This document shows, piece after piece, positions 1-12,400 of a stretch of DNA of 64,000 nt (the first letter of the stretch is position 1; each line of letters starts with the position of its first letter). The position numbers and the translations under genes are program-made. The DNA comes from Tubiluchus corallicola (lineage: Eukaryota > Animalia > Priapulida), in assembly GCA_030141605.1 (NCBI GenBank), contig JAQGDQ010000039.1, forward strand, positions 496,001-560,000, in the 5' to 3' direction. Under the pieces are notes generated by a model, which saw nothing but the letters and a program-made list of their open reading frames with translations, searched no databases and was not told the DNA's origin.

Positions 1-168
1 AAAATTAAAAATGGGAAAATTATGTAAAAGCTTAACATTTAAATTTTCTGCTTGAAAATTAGTTTCCATACACAGCATAAGCTGGGGTATTTGGTAAAAA
101 ATTCTTTTTATAGTATTTCCATCTCACAAAAATTAATGTATAACAGTAAGTACGCTTAGTTTACTTAC

Positions 169-773
169 AGTGTCAGAATTCTCTATAGCATGTTCTTGAA
201 GAACAAAGTTCTTTGTCGTTAATGATAAAGTCTAAAAAATATATGCAAAATTATATTACAATCTTATATTTCACAAACATGTATCAATATATATGTGTAT
301 ATAGAGAAAAAATAAAAATGGACAAAAGCTGTCAAAAGAAAATTAAATAGCAAGTGTCGAAAGCACATTGTTAAACAAAATAAACATATTCCCACAGACA
401 GAAAAATCCACTAAAAAAATAACTCACTTCAGAAACATAATTAGTCTCAAATGATATTTCATCCTAATTTGTTAAAGGGTATACTCATTGATTCAGAGCA
501 CACTCGATGTAGCCACAGATTCACCCAAGTGGAAGCTGAAGGTATACAATACATATGACGTCTGTTGATGGTTAAAAAAGGACATGAAATTTCCACCTCG
601 GCTCACTGTCAGTATTTTACGCTTACCTCAGCAGCCTTTGTTCCTTTTAACAGTTGATTAGCAAGCACACCTGTGTCTTCAATGTTTCTCTGAATTTTTC
701 CTGCTAATCTAATCTTAGCTTCTTTATTACGCTGATTTTGCTGCTCCTGAGCAGCCATCATCATCATTTGCAT
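169..773 (-). CDS. BORCS7: BLOC-1-related complex subunit 7, 5' part (remaining exons lie beyond the left edge)
   Basis: Exons 773-627 (ATG 2 nt after a tttcag acceptor; MQMMMMAAQE...IEDTGVLANQLLKGTKAAE; donor gtaagc) and 231-169 (TLSLTTKNFVLQEHAIENSDT; donor gtaagt), both phase 0. Resembles BORCS7 'DVIALTKQVLKGSRSSE-LLGQAARNMVLQEDAILHSED' as I recall it. Confidence 0.8.
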
Positions 774-1112
774 TTCTGAAAAATGAACAAAATAATTACA
801 TGGAAAGCTGCATAGATGTTGAGCACAAATGCTTCGGCTTAGAAACAACTGTATCAAAACTATATATTAGACACAGCTTAAAATCTTGGGCCCAGTTTGC
901 ATTTATCTGTCTGTTGACTAGAATGGATCAAAACTTTCAATAAATTTAACAGTTTTGCATCTTAAAAATAAATTAGAAAAAACACTAAGCTTCTACTTAA
1001 AAATTCACATAATTCTCATACATAAAACAAGAATTAGAATTCATATGGTGTATGGAGTATTTGCTCTCAGTAACTTATAGATCAGTGTGAAACATACTTA
1101 ATCCTCAGTGTA

Positions 1113-1517
1113 CAGTGTTCCCTCGCTACTTCACAGTTCGTGTATCGCGGGCTGGCTGCTTCGCTGGTTTTCAAAAATATTAATATAAAATATTTATCAC
1201 AGTATTTTCGCTGTTTTGCGGGTTTTTGCGGGTTTTTGCGGTACTCCATATCAAATTTTTAAAATTACATATTTAGGTTTAAGAGTTTAAAACATTTTTT
1301 TGAATATTTAGGTAAAGTTTTTTAAAAGGTACATGTACAATATGGGAAAAGTTATTGAGGGAATGGGAAAGGGCTATATATAAGAGTGTGGGGAGGGTTT
1401 ATAAAGACTTAAAATAATGTATAACTACTAAAATAAGTATAGCGTCCCTACTTCGCAGAAATTCACTTATCGCGGGAGACCTGGAACCGAACACCCACGA
1501 TAAGTGAGGGAACACTG
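1113..1517. mobile_element. Tc1/mariner (pogo/Tigger-like) MITE
   Basis: Terminal inverted repeats CAGTGTTCCCTC / GAGGGAACACTG flanked by TA on both sides (1111-1112, 1518-1519); no ORF. Confidence 0.85.
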
Positions 1518-3814
1518 TATATCCAGAGCTTTGAATATCCAGTGCAGTTAATAAATGTTCAATAATATCTTCTTTGCTCAAACTTACAAGACACAAGAAC
1601 TGGTACTTGAACTCATTTTTATAGTTTCCAAGAACTTTTATAATGTTTAATCATACTTTTAATAATATATGTTTCTTACTTCTTCTGGATTGCATGCAGT
1701 GTCTAGATCATCTACTTTTTTCTCAATGATCTACCTTTAATCTACATCTACTTTTACAGCATTCACACATACTATTATCTATTTTATCTAGTTTGGTAAA
1801 CAAAATTAAAATTTCACATTATAATGTCAAGATTCACATTATATCAATAATATCAGCAAAAGTAGACCACTGATTATGACAGCTTAGGTGGTCTCTTCTT
1901 TTAAATGAGAAATAACATTCTAGATTGCTAATATATGTACACTATTTTTTATTTTTACAAATGTCTGTAAAAAAATTACTAGGCAATTATTAATTAATTA
2001 TTACACGTATTATATAGTTAGCAAATTCAACTGCATCATATCTTTTCCTGAAAAAAAATCAGTGCCATTTAACACTATTAGTGAACTTAGTGGCCACTTA
2101 GGCCTAAAAACCTTTTACTGACTGAGTAATTGGAGTGACAAACATCTAATAAACAGAACAGATGATTTTTCCCTTATAATAATTATTGCATTAACATTAA
2201 ATACATTAAAGTGTTAGCTGTATTCTTTAAAGTGTCTATGTTTCAATATTAAATCATGTGCGCATCCATCTTGTGATCAGTTTGGCTGGTGCGACATGTT
2301 TCCGTTAGCCACGTTTTTGTGTTTACCATCAGTTAGTCACGTTTTTGTGCATATTTTAATTCTGTTGCCTTTTTTTATACCAGAAATGTCGTACGTAATA
2401 TCATTATAATGCCCTTTATAACATATATAATGTAGCTGTAATCTGTAGTTTTACACGTATATAATTTTTATCTTGTGCTTGCCAATGAAAACTGGATTTT
2501 TGTACATTAAACTAAATTGAGCTGTTTACATTATGATATAATATAGGAATCTTTTTTCGGTGATTAAAAACTTACAGGAAATCTTTGAAATTATGGGTTT
2601 GAGCTTAGGGCAAAATTTTCAAATATTTAATAAACTTCAATTACTTCAAGTTTAATTGTTCTCCCAGTTTTCATCATCAATAAAAATTAAACAAATTTCA
2701 AGTTTTCCGACATCTTAACTTTGGCTGATTTTTTCCTGCACATTTTTTTTATTAAACATTCGATCTTTCTCTTTACTAGCATCTTTATTGTTTTTTTCGA
2801 GTCCTCCACTACCTCATTATACCATATACCTCTTTCAAACACTTTATCAATTGCATTTAGAATATCTTACTTGACAGGTCACTTAATTTTCTTCAATTTG
2901 GATAGGGGTGACTGACTTGGTGACCCTTAGTCCTTTAGCCACCCCGTCCCTTTTCCATCTTTATTTTGGTTTATTGCTTTTGTTTATGTTTATTTTGTAA
3001 AATTTAGAGACAAATAAATTATTTACTTACTTACAGTAATAGAATAGAATATTTATTTATTAATCCCTTTCACTAAAAAAACAAATAACAAAAGAGAAAT
3101 GATGTGTATAAATGACGACGGGGTGGTGAAAAAAACCAATGATCATCAAGCCAACCACTCTTATCGTTATACAATAAATAAAAAACATTTTATTTATGCA
3201 TTTCTATGTTATACTGTTATTTCTATGCAATTAAATGTGGATTTCTAGCACACTTGGTGCCAATCTTTTTTGTTTGCTTTGACAGCTTAAGCTGTTTTAT
3301 GAACATTATAATACCAGTTAAAGTTGTAAACTATGAATAGAGAAAACTAGTTTTGAAATTCCAAGTCTTCCTCTCATTTTCCATAGTAACAGAAGATAGT
3401 AACATGCAAACTCTTTTCTATTTCGGCATGAATTTATAAACGCTTTAAAGATATTACCTATTGCCAAAGCAAGTTTTGGAAAGAGGAGAGAAGTAGGAGT
3501 ACTACAATCCAAATGAAAAATGCTCGGTTAAGGTGAATGATTCTCAGTTAGCAAAAGGTCTTAATAATTAAGCATTAGTGAAGTGAATGAATAAACTGAA
3601 AACCAAACGTCGCATTTTGATCAGAAGTACTGCTGACAAGCCTCTGGCATAATGCAGTGTCTAGTTTTTTTGCTGGACTACTGCTGATTTTACCTGTTTG
3701 AAGGGCAGATTTTTTTATTTTAGGATTCTGACTGCCCGATATATACAACAGATGTGATAGGTATATGGTGATATTTTGTATGTTTAGTTACGTTGCGTAT
3801 GCTGAAGAAGACCT

Positions 3815-5800
3815 TTGCCGTTACAGTTGAGGATAAGGGTTAAGCTGATAAACATCTTCAATCTTCTTTGGTTTCTATATATCGTGGACTGTGTCAAACT
3901 ATGTTGGTATTCACTTGAAATCACCAAGGAAATCAAAGGTCAGAACAAAAATGTAGAAATTATGTTGAAAAACAAGACAATTACAAATCAACGTTGCGGC
4001 GAATTAGAAATGAGTATAAAGCGTCTACAGTCCAATGATGGTTTGAGAGAAGAATTCCAAAAAATAGTGTGTGAGGTGCGAGATCATGATAGTAGGAGGG
4101 CAAAATTAATAATAAATATGACAAATAATAAATAAATCAGTAATATGACATTTCCTTTTCTAACTGCGAAAGTGTAAGAGCATGGATTGCAGACAATCTT
4201 AGTATAGATGACAGCTCAGTAAAAACTATTGAAATGTTTCGCCTCGGAAAAACTAAGGAAGGTTACAACGGGCCAACAAAAATTGTTGCCAACTCCATGT
4301 CTTCAAAATGGAAAATTTTGCGCAAAGGAGTAGAACTGAGATTGCATCCAATCTATCGAAAAATTTTCTGTGAAGGAGACTTTACAAAAAAGGATTTTCA
4401 AGCCCAGAAACAACTTCTCGGTGAGTTTCAGACTAGGAAAACGAATGGCGAAACTGACTTCTGTATTAAGAAGGGAAAAATAATTAGAAGAACTAAAGTG
4501 GCAACTTCAACCAGTGCTACAGTAGACGCAACAAGCGGAAGCATCTGAACCTACAGATAACGCCGTAGATGCGACAGATGACAGCAACAGTTCAATCTAT
4601 TCTTCTGATTTAGAATCAAATGATCTGCTATATAGTACTGCTACAAACAATCCTGAAACACAAGTTAAGTTAGTCATTTCATCAAGTATTGTACCAAAAT
4701 TCAAAAATTCGTGAAACACACTGCCAATAGCTGATAGTAGAACAACGCAGGCTTTACACAACAGCACGTCAAATGCCAGGAAAGTTACAAGGTTAGTGGT
4801 GGAGTAACCACTGGGAAATGACAACGTCTTCAGGGACATAATATATACCTTCCATATAGAAAGCTTGTGTTAAAACTTGCCGCACATGGGATCTCTGGGA
4901 ACCTCTACCACTGGATAGAAGACTTTCTTAAAGACCGCTCACAATGCATTAGAATTAACTCTAAGAAATCTTCTCGGTGACCCATCAAGAGCGGAGTGCC
5001 ACAAGAAAGTGTATTAGAGCCTATACTACTCCTTATGTTCATCAATGATCTACCAGACAATTTAAATTCACCAGTGAAAATGTTTGCCGATGATACAAAA
5101 ATCTACAGAATACTGAAGTCAAATAGTGACTATCATAGACTCCAGAATGATATTAACTATTAGTCTCATGGTCACAAACTTGGCAAATGCCTTTCAATGT
5201 GGAAAAGTGTAAGGTTCTACACTTAAGGAAAGACAATGTAACTCATGGATACTATATGCGCAACCATACAAATCAGTCAGTACCAATAACAGCTGTAACA
5301 AAACAGAAAGACTTGAGTGTTTAATTGACCAGTCTCTCATGTTTGATGAATACATTGACAAAATATCCAAATGAGCTAGGAAACGATTATGGATGTTAAT
5401 GCACTCTTTCACCTATATGGATACTCATATGATGGCCATTGTATGCAAAACATTGATAAGACCAGTATTAGACTATGGCGATGTAATTTGGTGTCCATCC
5501 AAACTTCAAGCAGTACGTAAGGTAGAATCTATTCAACAGAAAGTCACCAAGTTAGTACCATCAATCAATGATCTGCCATATGCAGAGAGAATGCAGAGGC
5601 TGAATTTACCATCCTTACGTTTCAGAAGAAAAAGAGGTGACCAAATCATGCTGTATCGTATATACAACAACCTTACAAGAATTGATAGCATAAAATATTC
5701 TTCAGGTAATCCACATGTGGCAGGATACAAGATTACAAAGCCCAGATGTAGAAACAAGAACAGATTCATTTTAAGAGTGATAAATGATTAGAATCCCCTC
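3815..5800 (+). mobile_element. Decayed CR1/L2-group LINE: ORF1-like remnant plus reverse transcriptase remnant
   Basis: 3815-4548: coiled-coil then MFRLGK...KWKILRKG...KIF..D.T, ORF1-like. ~4850-5790: KLAAHGISGNLYHWIEDFLKDR, SGVPQ.SVL.P, INDLP, MFADDTKIY, RP.LDYG..IW.P, LRFRRKRGD; stops and frameshifts present. Confidence 0.85.
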
Positions 5801-6469
5801 ACCATATACTGTTTTTGTTGATTATTCAAAATAATTTAAACAGCTTTTGAAAGCAATAGGGCTGCTTTTCAAATACTTAGTAGAACAGTTTTACACTGCT
5901 CTTCAGTCACCTCTTAACTTAAAACAGTAAAACGCTATAGAGTTTATAATTCATTTCATGTGGAATTATAAGAAAATTCGGTACAGTTTGGCATTTCAGT
6001 TTAACTTGATATTTTGTTCGAAGTTTGGCTTGGCGCACAGCCAATCATTTGGTTAAACTTCGGTTTGGCTCCAAGCATAAAAAAGTCGCCTTGGTTGTGT
6101 TGACGAAAATGTGCATTCAATGCACCCCTAGTTATTAGACATAACAATGCCAATGTCTTTAAATATCTTCTGATATGTGTGTCAACTCAACACCAGGCAG
6201 ATATGAATGTGATGAAACTTGTGCTTTAATAATTTGTAAAATGACACATTTATCTGTATTAAACTGTAATAACCATTTGTCAGACCAGGCTTCAAAATGA
6301 AATAAGTTGTGTTTGCAAATGTTCTGAATCATCAATTGTCAGAACACAAGGTGATAGCAGGAGCAGTTAGAATCAATTAACTTTTCCAACTTCTTTTTTA
6401 TTTCAGCGGTGAATATGCATGCCTGAGTTTTGGGCACATTTATCATGTTGATAAAGCTAGAGGCTGAAC

Positions 6470-9400
6470 ATGCCTCTTCAAGCACCGCAATGGACAGACT
6501 TTCTGTCATGTCCTGTGTGCTTTAGCGACTATGATGGAAACCATCATCCTCCTATTAGTCTTGGGTATGTATTCAATTATTATTGTTAATGTTATTACTT
6601 TGTATTTGACTTTTTGTTAGACATCATGATCCCTACTGTGTTTGGTAAAACTAGTGTGTCCATAGTAGACAAACTGGTCATTTCCTACATCAAAGAAAAC
6701 CATTAGCCCTCTTGCACAATACTACACAACCTCTACCTGACATGCTGTGCACATTTTTTGGAAACAGGACTAATTCAGCTAGTCTGTTTAAAAGATATTA
6801 TTGAATCCAGTTAATAGTTTTATTAATGTTATAAAAATACAATTGCCGCTACACAGTGCAGACAAACTCTATACAGCATATGTATAATTTAGAGGTGTCT
6901 AAGTTGTGCACTGGCAAATGAATTCTGAATGTGAAGACCAATCTGCATTTATGGGCTGGTGGAACTTGTTTTCTTTAACTGAACACTAGGCGGATGAATC
7001 ACATTTATTTAGCATGGGCTACAATACTTCTGTGAACAGTAGGCTCAGTCATTTCGATTTCTTGACTATTTTTCCTAAGTACTCACCAATTTTGCAACAG
7101 ATCTGATCACATTTTTAACTATATGTTAATTGTATTAATTAACTTAATCGTATGGATTGATATGCTTGTGTTCAGTGTGTTGAATTTTTCCTAGCTGTGG
7201 CCATACCGTGTGCAAGACATGTCTTCTAAAGTTGCATCGTCAACTTTGTCCTTTCGATCAGATTCTGATCACAAGAGATATTAATTTGCTGCCGCCTAAT
7301 ACAGCGATACTCCGCCTTGTGGGCGTGGCCGATGCATCATTTGTCGGTGCTATAACAATCACAGATGTTGATGAGAAAGAATACAAAGCTGCAATGCAGT
7401 GCTTGGAAGAGCTAGCTGTATACCTAGAACCAGGTAACGTTAAGATTTACGGGCACCTCAACTCTCACAGTTTTGTCAGGACTGAATAACTCATTTTTCA
7501 CATGCTCACAATATACCTTTGACTTCTCACGTAAATAAAATGATCAATAAATTGATAATACAGAATAAAACTAAAAGAAATACGAAGCTTTTCATCAACA
7601 AAAAAAGAAGAGAGTGCCACCCTATCCAACCAGCTGCTTTTGTAAGCTCATTTTGCATCAAAAATGACTGTGATCAGCAAACAAATTTAGCAAACGTGTG
7701 ACTTTATTTTGCTGTTTTGAACTACAAAATTGTATTAACATTTAACATTTGTTTTAATGTTTTCGAGAAAAAGTTTCAGTGCTATGGTCATCACAACCTG
7801 CTTTGTATTTACAATGTAAAATCTCCAATTTTTTTCTAATTTGTTTTTTAAAATCTCCAGTTTTACTTTCTCCGAGGATTGAGGGTCTGGATTTGGACAT
7901 CTCCAGTGTTTAAGCAATGTACGAGTTTTACTTTAAATTTTAAGTTGTAATGACATAAAACATTTGGTTTGAATTTGTTGGCTTGGGTAACTTTTTACTA
8001 AGATTATTTCTTTGTAACGATAACTATATTGCGTGCTACTTTTTCTTAGCTCCAGAAAAAGAGAGTAAAAATAATATTATTGAATGTTTTACTATTTGAG
8101 CTTGCTATCAAATATTCATGTTTGTAAAATTCTATCTATTGAGTAAGTACCATTCGTGTAATATACATATAATAATAATAATGTATAGAAAGTCATTTTT
8201 CGTACTAACTGTAAAGGACTTTCTGAACACTAAGTCTTTTAGTATTTCAACCAGAAATTTATTTCATCCTTAACTACAACCTTACTTGCTTTAAGAGGAA
8301 TGTTAAAATATTCAACAAAGTGCATTTATTACTGTGCTAACAATTAATTTTTCAATTTTTTTTCTGATGATATCTCTTGCACTGAGTGGTCATTAGGCTT
8401 TCTTGGTCACTACGTCAATTGTTTTAAAAATTAAAGGAAAACTTAACGATTGATTAGACTTAATCTCATTTTAATTTATTGTCGTCATAGACGTCACACT
8501 GACGTCATAGACGAATACTACAGTTCATGATCATACTTATCATATTCAGCGAATGTTGGCCATGTGAATGTGTCGAAACGGCGCCATGTCAGTCTTAAAT
8601 GGATTCGCTGATCTGCACGTAGCTTTGGAAATATTTAACAAAATTTAACTATCCGAGGTAATTATTACCTAACCTAAGCTCTGATTTAAAAAAGCTGTTG
8701 TAGTTTTCAATATTTTGGAGCATACTTTATTTTGGCATACACAGTCCTGTTTTCCTTTAATTAAGTGATTAAGTTAACATTCAGAAATTCTCGCTTTTCA
8801 AACTTTGCCATCTTTTGAGCAAATTTGTTAACATTTTCTTGACTTGTGCTGTACAGGTAACTCATTGCAAAATGCTGCTCTTAGTCGTTCCATGCAGAGA
8901 AAGTTGGTCACCCTTATTAACTGTCAGCTGATTGAGGAAGAGGGTCGGGCTCGTACGATGCGCTGTGCTCGTTCTCTTGGTGAGAGAAGTGTTACAGAGA
9001 TCATACTGCATCATCAGAATGCGCAGCAGTTGTCGGCGAATCTCTGGGCCGCTGTACGTGCCCGTGGCTGCCAATTCCTAGGACCAGGTGAGTGAGCAAT
9101 TATTTGGATGAAAAAATTTTGGGAACAGTTTGAAAACTTGTGTTACCATATAGTATTAATTTTTTCCACTAATTGCTGTTTTGTTGAGGTTTGTGAAACC
9201 TCGCATTTTATGCACAGAATAGTTTGTCTAGGACCTGGGTTGTAAATGGGCTATTTTATGAATTTAAATAAAGTTTTTAAAAAATTGACTGTAGCTATGA
9301 TTATATTTCAAAATAGTTGCAAAATAATATAACTTTTTCACATCAACAAACTTCTTTAACTTTTTGTGTTAATATGCCGAAGATAATATAAGAACAGTTT

Positions 9401-12400
9401 TCATTAAAAATATACTTACTTTAACATATCGACACACTCTTTGATTTTTGTATTATAGCCATGATAACTGAGCTTAGTAAAGCTTATAAACTACCTGTGT
9501 TTATACTTATATATATATATTCTAAATTACATTTAGATATTGTTCAACATGTCATCACTTGCATTTTTAGCTATGCAAGAGGAAGTTCTTAAACTAATAT
9601 TACTAGCATTAGAAGATGGATCTGCCTTGTCTCGCAAGGTGTTAGTTTTGTTTGTGGTGCAGCGTTTAGAACCTCACTTCCCACAGGCATCCAAGACTAG
9701 CATAGGACATGTAGTACAACTGCTGTATCGAGCTTCTTGCTTCAGGGTTAGTATATATGATGCAGGTACCATTTACTTGAAAGACTAAACAATTATGATG
9801 AATTAAAACTGAAGGCAAGGGCTGCTTGGAATTGGCTGCAAATTCAGAGGCAGACAAGGAAATTATCGTTTTCAAACACTCATTATATCTGAGTTAAAAT
9901 AACTTAAAGTCAAACTAAATCCACACTATAATGTAAAGTTTTACAACTTTTAAATCCTACTCTCATTGCAAATATTCAATTTATTATATTATAAACTTAC
10001 TACAAAACTTGTTTCTTTTGACTTTTCATCACTTCATTGTTAGTGGTATTAAATTTGAAGAACCTCCATTTTTTGTTGCGCGAGACCAGCAATGTAATGA
10101 GTACAGTCACTATATCACCAAAGATTGCTAAAGAAACATCGGTAACCAAAGATGCTTTCTGTACCTCGTACGTCATTCTTGCTTACTCGCGCCATAGACG
10201 TGAAACATGGTGATCTTTATGACAACGCACACGTTCGAACTTTGCTTGAAAAAGATAAGTTATTTAATTTATAAGTCTTTTTTGTTTAATAATAACTATG
10301 AATTCTTTGTGTAAGCATAATAATGCATTAAGAAAACTCAAATGTATATTGGGTTTATATAGGCATTTAATAACTTTGCTTTATTAATAGAGTTTTGTGC
10401 CCAACTTTTAAATTTTTTTTGTAAAAACCTGTAGAAGTCAGCATATTGTTCAAAATCTTTATTTTATAAATTTTTGAACTTACAGACTTTGTACCTCTAT
10501 ATAAGTTGCACTTATAATAGTTCTGTGTCCTAGTATACTTTATACTTCAGACTTTTTTATACTTGACAGTGGAAAACTCAGGCACGAATACTGGCATTTG
10601 TATTATTACTAAGTACTTATAAAATGATCTCTTACATATTTTTGTGGCTTCTCATGGCATTCTTTACAAACTCTTGAAACGTAAATTTGTTTTAGAATTT
10701 TTGCTCCTTTCGGAATTACAGTCATTATTTTTTGGGGGAAACAGGTATCCAAGCGTGATGGGGACTCGTCACTCATGGAGCTAAAGGAAGATTTCCGAAC
10801 CTATGAATCATTGCGCCGCGAGCACGATGCTCAAATTGTGCAGATAGCCATGGAAGCTGGCCTGCGCATAGCACCGGATCAGTGGTCTTCCCTACTTTAT
10901 GGTGATATTAGTCACAAGTCTCACATGCAATCCATCTATGATAAAGTAAGAAAAAATGTTTGCATTATATGATCCTTTGTAGTCGACTATTTGTTTATTA
11001 TAATCTTGCATGAACTGATTGCAGGAATGATGAAAGTTTGTAAAGCCAACTAGTGCAATCTACGTAAACTAACTAAAATGAATTATGTGTGTAATACGTT
11101 GCTTAGTATATATATATGGTACAATCACAAGTCTTTTGTACAAATGTTTAAGGCAGTTTTTGTAGATATTATTCTGTCATTTTTTGTATTAAAATTGTAC
11201 TCTTTGGATATGTTAGTATTATTGTTAGGAAATACTATGTCGCATAATAGACACAAGTGCACAAAAGAATAGCAAAATGAAGAAGGTGAACTTTGTACTC
11301 CAGATTAATAGGTTTAGTAAAACAAGACACAAATTATTAAATCTAAAAGTTATATTTTATGCGATCATTATTATGAACAGTTACAGACTCCTCAGTCATT
11401 CACTCAGAGCATACAAGAACTTGTTGTTGCCTTGCAAAGAACAGGAGATCCACACAATCTAGCTTCGTTGCGTCCCAACTTAGAGTTCCTTGCTGATATT
11501 GACTGTAGTACAGGTAGTATTACTTTTTACAAAATTACAAATGTTCTTACTGGTCACATTTTGTGGAATTTTGTGGTAAATTCTTTTTTTATCATTGTAG
11601 AAGTTTCAGCTCCGACGTTGAAGTCTCTGAGTCAGGCACTAAAAGCCGTTGCCATTGTCATCGAAGGTCTTTCGCAGTTTGTTCATAAGAATGCCATGAG
11701 AAAGGTTTCAGAAAACCATCACTTGGTTCACAGCAGCAAATATAAGACAAGCATGTGTCGGGATGTTCGCCAGCCGGGCGGGTGCCCTAGAGCCACCAAC
11801 TGCACATTTGCACATTCCGAAGAAGAACTGGACCGGTATTTAATCATAGTGATAGTGATTAATTGCAAATACTGGATAGCTTTTTGATTTTGCTTCAATT
11901 TGTATTTAGTGCAAATTACATTACTGCATTTATATACATTTGCCACTTTTCCTTTGCATAAAGTGATTAAAATTTGCCAATGTAACTAAAACACTAGACT
12001 GATGTTTTTAGCCAAAAGTGTCACCAATTGGGTGGTTGTCTTACGACAAAATTCAGTGAAATTTGACAACGAACAGTAGACTGAAACACTGAATCATCGC
12101 ACTAGTCTTGATTTGTTTGTTAACCAGTTAATTCATTTAATTTTGATGCACTTATCTTTACTGTGTTCACTTATGTCGTAACTTGACTTCTACCAAAAAT
12201 GTTCAACAATGGAGAATTTAATTTTTAATATTGTTATGTAGTATATTTGCCCTTTATACCACAGAATTTGATATTTTATTTTTTACAGTTATCGGAACAA
12301 AAACAAGAAAGGTGCTTTTCCTGGTAAATCTACATTACTGTCCTCTTCTGTGCCCGATTCATCAGCCCTTGCTTGTCACTCTGTTGGTGCAGAAGTGACT

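Noticed and set aside
1520-1740. Protein-like minus-strand stretches (YKNEFKYQFLCLVSLSKEDIIEHLL; LRKKVDDLDTACNPEE)
   Set aside because: Could not be joined in frame to BORCS7 or matched to a family; interrupted by the MITE.
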